64,000 bases of DNA, taken from NCBI RefSeq assembly GCF_022539665.2, contig NC_081333.1:8432001-8496000 (forward strand), written 5' to 3'. This DNA is from Daphnia carinata (taxonomy: Eukaryota). Both the position numbers and the translations under genes were made by a program. Below are positions 11,601 through 26,600 of this stretch, in pieces. Numbering within the stretch: the stretch's first letter is position 1; the number at the start of each line of letters is the position of its first letter. The notes under the pieces are model-generated. The model did not search any database, had not been told where the DNA came from, and worked only from the letters and a program-made list of their open reading frames with translations.

Positions 11601-14600
11601 GAATGTCAGAACGTCACACGATTCGTGAGAAATTAAAACAACCCTCACATTTCCATTCGGTTGGTATGCTCATTTCCGTGCCCAAGAGGCTCCTTGTTCT
11701 CCTCATTTACATTCTCGTAATCCTTTCTTGACTTCCTCACAACGTCACTACTATTTCTTGGTACAGCTCCATTGGTACGGGAGGAAGGAAAGCGAAAAAA
11801 AAAAACCACGAAAAGCTGCGCAGCTCATCAGTGGGATGATGAGGACAAGGAAGCAAAATGGAGTGACAACGAGATGCGGATGAACGAAAGACTAGTTTCT
11901 TTTTTCCAGTAGAATGTTGGAAGGGGGAAAGATCGTTGGCAAAAGATATAAACATCTTGAAGAGCTGAAAATTTTCTTTTTCTGAAAGAAAGAAATCTTT
12001 CCTTTGATCTGCTCATTGTTTCAACTCGACGTCAAGTCGTTGTTGACGTCGTCTACCTCGTGCCCAATTTCTCCACTCGACGTCGTTTTCTCATCCCCTT
12101 TGGTCGAGCTGATCAAAACACCATAGTATTTGAGTGGAGCGTTATCGATTGGATGCGTGTATCGTTGATTTCTGTTTAGCCCCGACTGACGATGGCTGAA
12201 TAAAGAAGTTTGAAGACGACTAGAAAGAGATCAAGAAAAAAAAACGTGCTACAGCCAATGAAAAGAAAAAGTGTCTAAAAACGGGGGAGAAACGACGAAT
12301 GAAAAGAAATGAAAATCGATAAAGTTAGCGATCAATTCTTTAGCCACAAGAGGCTGCGTATAGGTGACACTGTCCGCCCTGTATATCCACATCAAGGATG
12401 GAGTCTTCATCAGTTGAGCGCCCGCATTTACCGTCTTTCACGATTCATGCCACTTGCGAGTCACTACCAACAACAGTGTCTGTAGATTCGAGGGTACATC
12501 CACCCATGAATCCCGTAAGAAACAAGAAAAGAATATAAAATGTATCACCACGAGAGAGGGAGTCGATAAATCGATCGACTTCAGGGGTTTTGTACGATCG
12601 TTGGGTTCCCTGACAAACTGAAGAGATGTGGTTCGTGAACGCATCAAACAGGCCTTCCTACGCAATTTTTCGTTTGATTGTCACGCTAAAGAAAAGAAGG
12701 AAAAGGAAACAAAGAAAAATGTAAACGATGAGCGTCCGATTCTCCCATTTGTTGAAAAAAAGGCGACACATCTTCAGTAGCATTTGGCAACTTAAGTCAT
12801 TCACGGTGTAACCATGCCTCTACTATGAAATATCTTGTTACTTATAAAGGATACAAATAATTTTCCATAGGATTCAAAGGTTCTTGACTACGTACCCAAC
12901 TTTGTGAATTTCATTTCAGTTTATTTTTACCATTGTTCGTGCGTTACGCATTTGAGTAAAGGCGGAAGATTCCGAATCAAAAGGGCGTGGGCATGTCGAA
13001 CAATGGCGCTTTAATGATATTTGTGTTTAAAATTTTGGGAGGCTGGCTGGATTTGAAAACAGAATCTCATCAAAAAGGAAGAAAAGGCTAATGAGGATTC
13101 CCTTTTTGCTGCTATTTTTCATGTGTCAGAAAGACCGTTCAACTACTTACCGCCATGTTTTCAGCATCAGAGCTCCGTAAGCGAAGGAAAAGCCAATCTC
13201 GCGGAACCAGACGCGCAGCGAGCAGGTAATCATGTTGGGTCTTGTGTAGGCCACTAGAATCTGAAAGGGAAATCGAATGAAGAATAAGAAAGAGGAAAAA
13301 AAAAACACACAGATAGCATCAGCTATTTTCATATGGAAACATGCGAATGGGAATTCTTCGATTTTGTAAGATGTTCTTTGAATTTGCGAGGCTTCAGCAG
13401 TGAAATGTTTTACATAAGGCACACCTTTCTAAAGGACTGGTAGAAAAAAAGAATCTTTGTTCGTTGATGAATTAGGTTTTTAGTATTGAAGGCGTTGATT
13501 TTTGTTTTGCTTTGATGTTACAAAAAGAAATTCCAGCAAAAAATAGTGCAAGGTATTCGATAATCAAAGATGCGCCAACATTCGAGGAAGCAGTTTTACA
13601 AAGGTTCGTGGTAGAGTTGTGTAGGATGTAGTAGCATTGCAGCTATGATTGTTGGTTGAAAAGAGCACCTCTTTCTTAAGTTTCCCTTAAACTATATCCA
13701 AGCTGAACACTAAATTTTTCTTTTGCACTAAATGCTTTATCAAATACTTCTCGAGGTTAGTACAGGAACCCTTAAGTGGTCACGTAATCTTAGAGATCCT
13801 GCTATCAATTCCAGCACGTATCCTCTAGCCTTGGAAGGATCACGTACTTCAAATTGATGATTGCCCAGAAATTTCAACTTGGACGGCATGATTAAGTTGA
13901 GAGCGACGAAGACAAGCAACAACTTACCGTGCAATAGATGAAGAACGCTCCTAGAATGATCAATCGCAAGAGAGCAGGGCTGGCGGCGCGAACGACCTGT
14001 CGCAACGATAAAAAAACGTAACTATTAATAACGAAAGAAAATTACGTAAAAACGTAAAAACGCCCAATATAAGTTTCCAGTTAAGGATGTATTGCAACCC
14101 AGCTCATCGTGTATATAAGGAACGAAAAAAGATTTGAATGTAAATATATCCTTTAATACTACCGTCGGAGTTAACGGATGTTTTTTTCTCTCTTTTGTAT
14201 GTACGATGAGCACGCGGAAATCAGACAACTTTATGAGCGCTATAGAAAAAAATGTTTTATTAAAAATGTGTGGTGTCGTAAGCAGTCGAACGCAGCAACG
14301 TGTTTTGCTGGGCCTTTCATATATTTTCCTTCTTTTCTTTTGTGTTGAATTTGAACCATGTTTTTATATGACATTTGGAACGAAGGCGGGCACAAAATCT
14401 TGGCATAATACAGCGCAGTAATAAGCCCATACTTTTTAAAGACAGAATAAGCTGAAGGCTTTCAAATTTTACTTTTTCATGTGCGAAATTTTTCAACGAG
14501 AAAGAACATCATCACGGCAACAGCTGAATGATTTCATAAACTTATCGTTTTAGTTGATAAACTTGTTATGTAAGCTTCCTTTCATCCTTAGTTCAATTGG

Positions 14601-17600
14601 AAAAATACAGTTCTTAAGCTGAACTTCTAAAGATTAAAGTTAAACATGTAATACATTTTCCCTCGATTTTTCGCATTTAATTGGGGTTCAGCAACATTAC
14701 AAATAGTATAAAATTGTACAGTTCAAAAAGCAAAGAAATATTTAACTTGTTTGTTATGCATTAAAAAGTGACCCAATTCCTTCACAACGTTATTTTCACC
14801 GGCCATTTCACGTGCGTGAGATCCCGTTTTAAATGGCACTACGGCTTTTCTATTTATCCCGCTACATACCCTTGAGAATGAACGAGCTTTTGATAAAGCT
14901 CATTTAATGTCCATCCGCAAGTTGCTGAGTCATACCATTTTTTGAAAAACATTCGCCACTCAACCAAGATCTTTAAAGATATGCCTGCCTCTCATCGTTC
15001 AAAAGGATATCCAAAGGTTTTTTTTATAGGCTATAAACACGTGCGGCATCAAATTGTAGTGGCACATCCGCGTTATCAGTGGGCTCCTCGATGAGTTGCT
15101 TTTTACACTGACTGTTATACATTTTGTGTCGTGCTTATCTTTCCACGAGATGCCCATTGACGATTCTTTCATTTTTTTTTCTTTTGGCATGTCGACAAAG
15201 ACAAAGTTCTATAGAATACAGTGAGTCTTTCAAACTGCTGGCATCATAAGATTCATTCATGCATCGCACCTATAAATGAAAGCCTCGCTACATTCTCAGT
15301 TGTCATTTTAGAGATAACACGTTGTCGTCCTGTGTCACGAAACATCCAATTTTTCTTGTAAAATGATATCATCCGTCTAGAACAAAAACACTAGAAACAG
15401 CCAGAAAATGACCGATCGATGGGATTCGTTTTACACACAGGATCGTACTTGGGTGTTTGATTTACGTGGAGGAGAAAGACCATGCTCTCCTTGGCGATTC
15501 TGCTCAAGGATTGGCTCTTGTGAAGAGGACACCATTCTTTTGGCCCCCTCCCCCCCTATATATTCGATCGGGAACGATTTATAGCGTTGGTTGTGTATAG
15601 GTGAGCGATTGTTTTCCACTAGAATCGATGTGCAATGCAGAACTAGAGGCTGAACGAAGGCACAGGCAGTGTTTCATTGCGCTTCATGCACGAACGATCT
15701 TCCGAATGGTTGATTCGCAAACACCGGCCGAAAGTAATCCCTCCAAGAGCTTGCTGTGATGCGGGTTCCAATGAAAAAGGGCCAAAAAACCTTCCATCCG
15801 AAAAAAAGGAGAATCAAGACGACCAAAATAAAAAGAACTGAAAACACATTTCGGTTGCTTTGTCGGAACCTGTCTGTATGGAGATTGCATTATGTAAAAA
15901 AAATTCGGATTTAAATAGACAACGAGCAGCCGTTTGAAAAATGCTGGTGAGATCTTGCAAATAAAAATGGCATTCAGCTGTTTGGGGTTTATAGAGTCCG
16001 CTTCCTACGGGGAATCGATTTAGGTACAAAATTTGCCATTGGAAAATGATTAGAACTAGTGGTTCTTGATTTTAACCTACTTGGGCTCAAGTAACTAGTG
16101 TAAGATTATTTTAAGGTTTGATAAGAACCAAATAATTCATAAAACTTTGTTTTCCCTCAAACACCTGCAAGTTCATCTCTTATCGTTGCAAGTTCAAGTG
16201 TCAAAATTCAAGTTGGTGCCGGGAAGTCACCCAATCACGCTCACAAGCGATCGATAATGATATGCTACTCACGATGCATCGTCTTTCAATTTTCTCGAAA
16301 TTTTACAGCGCCAAAAGTCCAGTTCCGAGATGTGCGTAGGCTGCCTTGGCGTAAATTTGGCAACACATGATTATGATTTTGTTTTTTTTTTACAGACTAG
16401 TATTGACGTGAAAGTGGTGGCGTCAAGTTGGCAAGAAAAAGTTAGTAGGCAAATGAATTCATAAACTTATATCACGCCCTCCGAGTAACGAATTGAATTT
16501 TGATGAAGGATGTACTGCGTTCAATGACAGGTTCAGTAGCTACATGCGTAATTGAATACATCCCAGTAAACTTGGATTGTAAATGTGTCCAGCGTTTTAC
16601 ATTTCCAAACTTAGGTATGGCTGTTTGGGTGAAGGAGGACCCAAAAGTTTGCAAGCTGTAGTTGCCTCCAATAATCGTGGTAGGATCAGAACGTTGCCCC
16701 TTAACTTTCCCCTTGCTGTATGGCCGTCTTTTCTTTTAGGCCACTTCGTGATACGTATCATTTGTAGAAACTATCGTCTGATTTCGCCCCAAACTGCCGG
16801 GCAATTCATCAGTGGACCAGTAAAGCCCGGACTTATTGCTAGGTTACCGGTAATGATGTGCTGGAATACCCTCCAGTATCAAAGGTAATATACATAATGA
16901 CAACTATTTGACTGAAATCATCTGAAATAGTTACCTTGACATGACTGTAGCGCCAAGTGAAAAGGGCGACGACAGGAAGGCAGCAGATGACGATAATCTC
17001 AAGGATGAGAATGGTAGTCCGCATGACCCAATTGAGGGTGATGATGCAGGGACTGTCATCCACGCAGACGTCACATCCTTCCGGACAAGGTAGGCACTCA
17101 AATTTACCTTCTTGATCGTAGAGACCGTCCAGTCCCTGCGTTTTGAAGACGTCCAACGATGTAATTAAATTAGAATAGCGGGGTGGTACAGAAATTCAAT
17201 TTACGAGAGAATTATGTTCAAGGAATATGGGTTAGATAGATGATAGATTCCGACTATATTTACCGATTCACTGCCCATTACTAAGGATTTGTGACTGAAA
17301 TATATGAGCCGCGACGAGCTCTCGTTTAATGTATAATAACACTCGACCTTATCTAGTAAACCATGTCTCTCCGAATGTTTGCCAATTTTTGTTCAACCAC
17401 CTGGGTTTACTAAACATTATTCAGGGTGATTATCGTGACATTGTGTTGCACGCTAAATAACTATACATCTAATATGAAATCGGGAAACTATGTTGCTCGA
17501 ATTTAAGTTATTACATCACCGTGAATGGGCTAATTTCTAATCACGGAAGCGGCTCGAAGGGACAATCAGATGCATTGCGACATCACTTGCTTTACGTGTG

Positions 17601-20600
17601 CAAATTTTTTCCCGTTACCCCAGTCTTGCTACCTTATGATCCTCTCAATGCATTGCTCCGCCCGTTCCATTCCAAACTGACGCTAACGTAATACCCACTC
17701 GATGTGATATCGATAGACCTGTGTGTACCACGTCATGATGAGGTATCCATCTTCTATAAGGCTTTGCTAATTAGTGGAATGTAAAGCGATGGCCACATAT
17801 TATCGGCTGTTGTCAACAGCAACCTGGGGTTACTTTTTGTCAACAATAACATGAGTGATGCCCTAGAATCGATTAGCTATGAATCTAATATGGCTGCGAG
17901 GCCTGAGAACGAGTAGAAGAGCTGAACGAGTTCTTCTCCCACAGTAACAAAAAACCAATTTATTTGGGCAACAGGCCAACCACTTCTCCCCTCTCAGATG
18001 AATCTGTGGCTTGTTTTCGTTTTTATTCTTTGGCGTCTGATTATTTTCTGTAGAAATCGATTAGCCTAGTTTTTTGTGGGGTCATTATGCTGATATCTTA
18101 CAAGATAAGTATCAATTATTCTAGACAAGGTAACAGGTAAACATACAAAATTAAATGGGCAAAAAAAGAAACATACCATGAGCTTCTTTTCGTATTCTTC
18201 TTCGATGACAGTTCCATTGTAAAAACGAACGGGTGCGTTCGTGTCAGGAAAATAGAATCCGTCCCTACACTCGCAACGGTAACTTCCGCGCCGGAAACCA
18301 AGTCCTGGTATGTGTTCACACTGCGTATTTGAAAAAGATATCGTTTCACTAACATCGTTCTGTTTGACTTGAGTCTTGAATTTAATGTTAACTAAACTAA
18401 ATTATTGCTAATCGTATTTATTAATGCTGAAGCACGTTCATAATCAATGGTTAAGTAGCTTTCTTTACAAATCAATCCATCGATCAGGTTCGCTCGGTCA
18501 GAGCCAATCAGTGGGTTGATCAAAGAACAAAAGAAAGGATATCAAAGATTTAAAAAAATTGTTACTGCAAAGTGAAGAAATGATAAGCAAAAAGCGAAAT
18601 GAACGCATCCGCTAAATGACTGCAGGCGGAAAAAAATGCGGTGGTAATAAGAGGATCGTGCAAGCTATTTCCCATGGGAAGGCGAAGAAGTCTGGCCATA
18701 TGAAGCGTGAGACAAGAGCCCTATCATCAGTCCTAACGAATAAAGATCCTCATCTTGAATCTGTAAGGACGTAAATGGTACAAATCAAATCAGGAACAAA
18801 GGACTGAAAAGGATTTTCGTTTTTTTTGCTCGCGTGCAATATCGTGACAGACGAGAATTAGCAACCAAATGTCAAATGTAACCAACTTCCAGACTAAAGT
18901 CAGTTTTATTTGCGTATTCTTCGTAGTAATCCGACTGGGAAACCAGTTATTTTCAGCCGTTTGCTTTGTATTCAAATGCTCAAACATCCGTTTTGGTTGA
19001 TTAAAACCGTTGAACTGGTTGATTTGACAGTTGCTGCTGGCTCGTTTTCCTCAATTCCCACGTTTCAATTTGGTTTAGTGCTGATTGCTTTTGGCAACTG
19101 ATTAAACGTGTTATGGCTGACGCAAGTAACACTTCTACGCGTATGTTGCCACACCTTGCCCACATTGTTGAATGATTAAAACAGGAATGGCAAAGGTCGG
19201 ACAAGTTTCGTTCCACCGCGAAATTCGTCGGCTAACGATGCCAATGACAACATAAATCATTCAGATTTTGAGCTGGCCTTGCCGGACGTTGCTTTATTTG
19301 TTAATGTTTGCTGTAACGAGCAGAAAAGCGATTGATAGTGAATTCCTCCTGAATTAAACTGGCTTAATTAGTTTTATTATTGAAAAGGCGAACCTCGATC
19401 GATGAAAGAGGATAAAGCAGACCGTGAAAAGGAATCAAGCTTTTCATCGGGGTGTACTGTGTACTTCTTTTGTTTCAAGAGGGATGAATAAAAGAATGAA
19501 GTTGTTGCGTGAAAAAAAGCGTGCCTTATACCCATCATCTATACGTCCAACTCATAATGAGAGGGCCTTATCGAAGTCAATATTATTGTACAAGAAAATA
19601 ACGTTAATCGCATTGGCCTTTTGTTTTGTTGCTATGATGAGCTGTTGTCATCGCGTTCGTTATTTCCAATGGTGTGAAAACCAACAAGATGAAAAATAAA
19701 AGAGATCGAGAAAGTATGTGGACAATCAAGTAATGCGTAGGTAGGAAATGGGATCCATTCGATTGTTTGCGTCCATTAATTTTCACAAAATTGAAAGTGC
19801 CGTCATTTCACCATAAAGGAAAGCACACACGAAACTCCTGCGTGATCTGCAAAGCGATTACTTTCCTTCCACCCTAGGTACTTTCACATTCGCCTTACAA
19901 TAGAAAAGAAGGAAAATATGTGAAAGCTTGTTTTGACCCTTTCGCTAAAACTAGTTGCTTTAACTCCATTATAAATTAGGCTTTGAGCGTGCACGGCTGA
20001 GTCCATTACAGATGAACTTTACAATTTGTTCTTCTTTTGTTTGCAAATGCTTTCGTCCACGCCCGCGTTGAAAGATCGTCATTTGATCAAATAAAACTAC
20101 CATAAATTATAACAATGAAACCGCGACGCGAAGGAGCTTGGAGGCCGATCCTAATGACTTCCATCTCTTTCATTCTTTATTCTTCCCACGCTCTTCTCTG
20201 TGAACTATACCATGCGATATTTTCTCACTGATCTATTCATCGAGTTTGCAAAAAATGCTGTCGAGGACAAAAAACAAGAGAAAAAAGAGGAAAAGAATCA
20301 AAACCAACAGTTCTTAATCAATTCTCATCTGCTGACTTCACGTCCCTTTAATCAGATTGCCACCCGTCAGTAAAAGATATTTTTGCCTGAATATCCTCAT
20401 GTACACTTCTTTCTTTTTTGTTTTGCTCACCCAGCTTTTTCTTCATTAATTCCTTGGTCCTCATAACCGACTAAATCAATCGTGATCAATGCCGCTAGTC
20501 ATCTTCAATCGATAATGATGGCTTCTCCATTTCTCATAAGGAAATTGCACTTTCCCACCCATGGGTACCCGCAAATGAAAGCTTTTTTTCCCTCCTTTTT

Positions 20601-23600
20601 TTATTGCCTTTTTTTTTATGTCAGGGAGAACGCTGATGGTTTAATTACTATTGCGTTTTGGTGAGGGTGCGGTAACGTAGAAAACGAGTTTTAAATACTG
20701 GGAAGTTGTGGGAGAAGTACGGGTCCAAGAAACTGTGGTTTCGCACTCATCCCTTTCTGAAATTGTAGGGGACAAAAGTAGGGCGTTTTAAAGTTGGCAG
20801 TCGTTTGGTATGACGTAAGCAGTTAGGTCACGTTTGATCCACCAAAACTACTATGTTTTCTGTGTATTGTCCGAGTTCCATATGGGTCCACCTAAAGCTA
20901 TTTTGTGCGTACGAGATTGAATTATTAAAATATCGTTTATTAAAAGGAATTTTGCTTTGGTGGTGGAATAGTAAGTCGCAGTTGATTGATATACATTTTT
21001 GTTCTATTTCTATTATTTGTTTTATTAGAGTGCACATTTAGCTGCGACTATACTTTATTCTCTGGCATTTTAACTTGGCCCATAAGCTTCTTTTTATATC
21101 TTGCCATCATTAAAAATCATATAGGCCTGTCGTCATTATGTCCCATTTTCACGGATCAACTGAGCTCAGCTTGTGCCTAGCTGCCGTCATTAAGAAAAAT
21201 CGATTCCCGAATAAGTCCATATGTGTACGATTTGCGGGTTGAACTTGCGAATTCTATTTCAATTCTATCAGTCATTCATATTAGATATTCCAAGATGCAG
21301 TTTCTAGCATTGTGAGCTGACAATTCGTTTGCGCTAACGACGTAGCAACTAAAATCTGTAACGCACAAACCACAGACAGAATATTTCATGGAAGTAAAAA
21401 AGAAAGTTGGGGGCTTTATTCGTAGTATGATGAGCGCATCGAAAGTTTTTAACTAACTTACAAAAACCAAGAATTTCAAAAACTGGTCGCTCACCTTAGT
21501 TGTTCTGGATTTACATTTGTCGGAAGCGGCGAATATGTTGAGCTGAGAGTTGCCTGCCTTTTGGGGGCACTGGTCGATGTCAACTCTTCGCAGATCAATG
21601 TCAATACCACTGGTCCCTCTGTCAAAATGTAAACGTCGGTTTTAGCGCTAGCAAATTAGCACATGCATTGACACAGAACTAACACATTTGACTAAGCCTG
21701 TTAATAGGAAATTTGAACCTACAACATAATTAAACCTTCCATTTCCCATCCGCGTGATCCATTTCCTTCATAACTAAAAATCCTACTAAATATTTTGCTA
21801 AATAGGTCGATTCATATCCCTGGCCACCAAGTCATGTAATAGAATTTCCCAATTGAAAACATTTGCCATCGTAGACGTAAACTGTCATTACGGACAACTA
21901 TCTGTTTTTTTTTTTTTTCCTTTTTTTTATCCGCCCTATTTTTCCACTTTAGTAAGCACCCGGGAGTACAGAAATAAAATTGTGGCTCTTATTCTATTTT
22001 CATCGGTCTAGGTGACTCCGCAGCACCCGTATTTCCCCCATTCCAGCTAAAGGCCAGGGCTATCGGATATTGCGCATCGAGTTCTTGGAGCTCTACGACG
22101 AGCGATGTCTGCGTAGGACAGCAAAAAGGGATCAGACGGATTGGAAAAAGGAGAGAAACTTACTTGAAAAAGTAGGACCCATTTGCGAAGCCGAAAAATG
22201 GAACCGTATAGGTCATCATCCAGATGTTGCCTCCGCCGCAGTCAAAATAAGGTTTGCTCCATTTACCATCTTCGTAGGACACACTAAGGATTTCGTCGTC
22301 GAATCGCTCCGTGTGCGCCGTCTCGTTCGCCGTGTACGTATGATAGGCTGCAAAAGACATAGTACCGTAAAGTCATTGTTAAGATGATACATCATGTTTT
22401 CTGGAATTTCATATGGTATCATACGAAAGCCATTTATTACTAGAACTGACGTTGCGTAGAAGCATTACATCTCAAGATAATTGCATGCATCTTTTTCGAA
22501 TTCAAAGAATGGCGAGATTCAACAAATCCGTCTAGACTCTTCCGTTTTTATTTCAGCAATGTTTTAGCCGTTCTTTTTACATCGATATTTACGGTTGACC
22601 GGTATACAATGTTCAATTCGTCTGATGTGTACGAGTTCCAGGAAAAAGCATCAGATATATCGACGCGCTTATTGCACAATAGAGTTTTGCTGTAGCATTA
22701 AGTCGGCCGCCTCATTGATTCCATCGTACCTTTCGTGATTTGGGTGCGGATTACTGGACTAACCAAACTTTTAACACTTTGAAAAATTTTCGAATCCTCA
22801 GCCGTAAATTCCTGTTGCTAACAATCGCTTCCAATGTTTGTTTTTTCTCACTCGTTATCGATCGATATGTGAGTGAAAGAAGTAGATTGTCAAGGATGGC
22901 CACTCGTACCGTTCTCTCCAGTACTTGACCGCTACCGTGAAAGTCCGTCTTTTTTCCTTATCCGATTTACCGGAGCTTTGTCCAGTGAATGATTTTTTTT
23001 TCTTTACCCAAAAGCTCAAGTTTTCTTTTTATTCGCCGTAGAAATACATCCTTACAATATAACGGGCAAATGTATATTTTTTTGCGCTTAATGTCAGCTC
23101 AATTCAGAATGTCTATTGAAAAAGTTTAGTTAGTAGAAATCGTAGCCCACGTTTCATGTCCGCCGTAGTCATTGATTCGTATCTCACTGGATTAACTGCA
23201 GAACCGAACACATTGTGCGTCTGTGTTCCAGAATTCCGCAAATTGCATTGTGTTGTCGTTATACATTGTTTCCGCCAACTCAACAACTGAAAGCATTGAG
23301 TGAACCAAGCGATATTGGCCATGTAGTTTATGAGCAGCGAACTGGAGAGCTCTTGCACGCTTCGCATCAATAACAGATTAACATATTCTTTTACCTTTTG
23401 ATGGGCTTTAAGATACTGCTTTTCTTTTTTTCCATAGAAAATAGAATAGGAACGTGCGTTTTTGATAGTTGCAAAAATCACATACAGCTCGTGGTGAACC
23501 TGGCAATCGTTTATACACTTGTGCATGTTTACAGTAGCATATGTTTGTCACGAAAGCCTTCTGTATTCGAGTTTCACGTCTTGGAATAGTTTCACGATTC

Positions 23601-26600
23601 TGGTTTGCTTCGTAGATATGATGCCGGACACTTGGTTATTCCGTATTCAATATACTTGACGTTTTTGAATTATTGAAATTTATCTATCAACTGACACGGT
23701 AAATATTCATGTGGGTAAGTGGATTTCGGTGGAAAGCCTCCTGCATTTGTAATAGATACAGCACGCGAGTCGCCTGACATTGTTGGGTCACAAACCGAAT
23801 ATTCTCTTTCAACATGTTTTCTATAGTAAAAAATAGAGCATTGTACAATGGTCGGCTTTTTTCTTTGCTGAAAATGTACTTTTTTTCTCAGGAATTTGTA
23901 CAACTTTAAAGCACTATGGCAACTGGGTGTTTGTTTAAACTTTTCTTCGATATGCAAAGCCACCGTGGCTTACACTAGATTATGGGATATCGGGAAGTCA
24001 TGTTATTTTATAGACAGTGGCTATAAGAACTGGGCTTTCGTCCATTTTCATCTTCCGTGCGATTGAACTGTGGTCGATAGAAATACGGTATGACAGCAAG
24101 GGCACATGTTCTCCGGTTTAAGGTAATTGAATAAACTAGTCAGGTGATTTTCCCTTAAGAAAACACGTTGAGTTGGCTGAATATATATAAGGTAGTTTCA
24201 AAAGAAAGTTGAACTTCTTCTGCGCTTTGCACTGTCAAGAGATTCGATTTTTTATTCGCGAGTAGTTATGTGAGGGTTCATTACGGTAATGCAACTGAAT
24301 TCATCGACCGGTTCCCCTTTTTTTTCCTTGTTTGTTCCTCGCCTTTATTTTTCCTCTCTTCTTCTTTCGTGTTTGTTTTTCTTTACTGAAGCCTATTCTC
24401 GCTTGTTGATTGGGGGGTCTGGTAAAAACACTTTGCACCCAAAATAAGCTAGCGTTTCTGTCAGGAAGCGATTGCTAGAAAATTATTTTCCGGCTTCCTC
24501 ATTGCGTTTTACTGCGGCAAGCGTTAAAAGAAGGAAAAAAAAACATTTGGTGATAATAGACGATAAAAGGCGATCGATCCAGTGTGTAACAGCTTAGGTT
24601 TTGATAACACACCAACGCTGAATTATCTCTCCTTGACCATCAATTTACGCCCAGAGATTTCTGTTGGCCGCACATAAAATGACAATTGGCTCTAACTACT
24701 ATAGCAAAATCAAATTGCTGCTGAACTACATCACGTGACGACACTCCATAGCTCGCCCTAAACTTGTTCCTCTTCTTTCTTTTATCATCAAAAGTATATC
24801 GCCCCGTATCCATGTGTTATTCTTCGCAGAGCATCAATCATTAGTCTTTCTTAAAAGCATTTGGAGAGCAGAGGGGATTAGAGGTTATGACGGGCGCACA
24901 CCGTAGCAACATGCACTCTGCATTACATAATTTGTCTTGTCCGAAGGCGGTCGCTTATATGAAAGAGACTGCACCATATATGTTTGGTCAAACACAACTT
25001 CGCCTGTCCAACCGTAGCAAGGATGTAGGGACGAAGTAGACCTCGGTGTTAATCGATCGATCTGCCCTATAGCACCTATACACGCAAAAGCGATGGACCA
25101 AGGTTTATATTTTCTAGCGCAAAACTATAACAACATGTAGATCAGTTCCAGTTGTATAGAGCGTTACCTTCACTCTGCAGGTTTTCCCTCGCCAACGCCG
25201 TTTTGTCAAGGGATTGTTTGCAGATAATTGAGTTTAACTTTGGCTTTGTTGGGTAGTAGAACACGCTTTTTGATATAGGTTATGGCTGCTTGGTAAACCA
25301 GTGAACCAAAAAAAAAAAAAAAAAACCATTCCCTTTTGATCTCGTTCACTATATATGATTTTCCAAGCATGACAACCCAACAAACAACAGACCTATAATG
25401 AAGGTATATTTGATGGCCGTTATTGCCAAGGTTTACACAACGATTGTTATATCGTTCTTGTTTATCTTTGCCTAGAGTTTGATGTCAAAGGACTAACATA
25501 TGGAAGGGTTTTGAATTTCTTTTTGTCTTTTTGCGGAAGTATGGCCTTAGGTTACCATTAACAAACAGTGAAGCAAGGATGTAGCTTTGACGTGCATGTT
25601 CCGAACTTGAATTTTTACGAGAGTTCCGGACCCTTTGCTTCTCTTATTGTTTTTTCCCATCTTTCTTCGCATCCTTCTGGATTTCAGACAACCTTGAAGA
25701 TGAATACTATTTGTGCATATCTTTCTAAACGGTATTTTCTAGAATTGCAGGATTTTAGGTTTTAGCTTGAACTTAAATATGTTACGTTTTTCCTGTCCAA
25801 GTGTAACTTTTACAAGTTTCTAATTAGATTCCGCACCAAAAGTTTACTGGAAGCTTCGCGATGACGGTAGAAAATGTCTGGCGAGATTTCATTTCGCATG
25901 TTATATATTCTAGTTTGCGAGACGTTTCTTATTTTCATATGTGAATCTAACAATTCTCATTATCCCGTTTAAACATGCAAACAAACGTTGCCTATATTGC
26001 TTCATTAGTCGACGTTCTTTTCAACGTCTCCTTTCCTTAATTATAAAAGTTCATTGGAACACTGTAAAAATAACTATTCTTTAAAGATTTATTTTTCAAG
26101 AAATGCAAAATTGATACAAAAATCAAATCGTCTGGCCGGAAGAATGTGTAACGGATGTATTTCTTTATTCTTATGGTATGTAATGCGTTTATTCCTCCTG
26201 CCACATTGCTCTACCGCACGAACGTGTTAATGCGTGATTAATGACTGATGGAACAGATGAGCACGTAACGCTTGTCTCTACATTAAAGCATTCTGTCATT
26301 TGATCAGTGAACCCACCAACATATTACGTAATTATCTCAGCTTTGTTGAATTCACTTTCTATTATCGCTACCATCTCTCGTTTGACTGTTCACAAATCCC
26401 AGTCGAGATTTTGTGTTGAGATATTCTATCAGCTTCTCTGATGTCACAATGATTTACAATGTACGTTCAACATCGAAGTAGAAATGAACCAGACGGGCGT
26501 TAGGATAAGACAAGACAAATAGATATGGCGAATGTTCCGAAAATCGAGCTGAATGGATGGTTCTCCATGTTGTAGATGTTCAAACTAGTATATGTAAATA

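Noticed and set aside
17745..17795. TGGAATGTAAAG (17775-17786), identical to the first 12 nt of miR-1
   Set aside because: The 3' half diverges from miR-1 and the flanks form no continuous pre-miRNA stem; likely chance.
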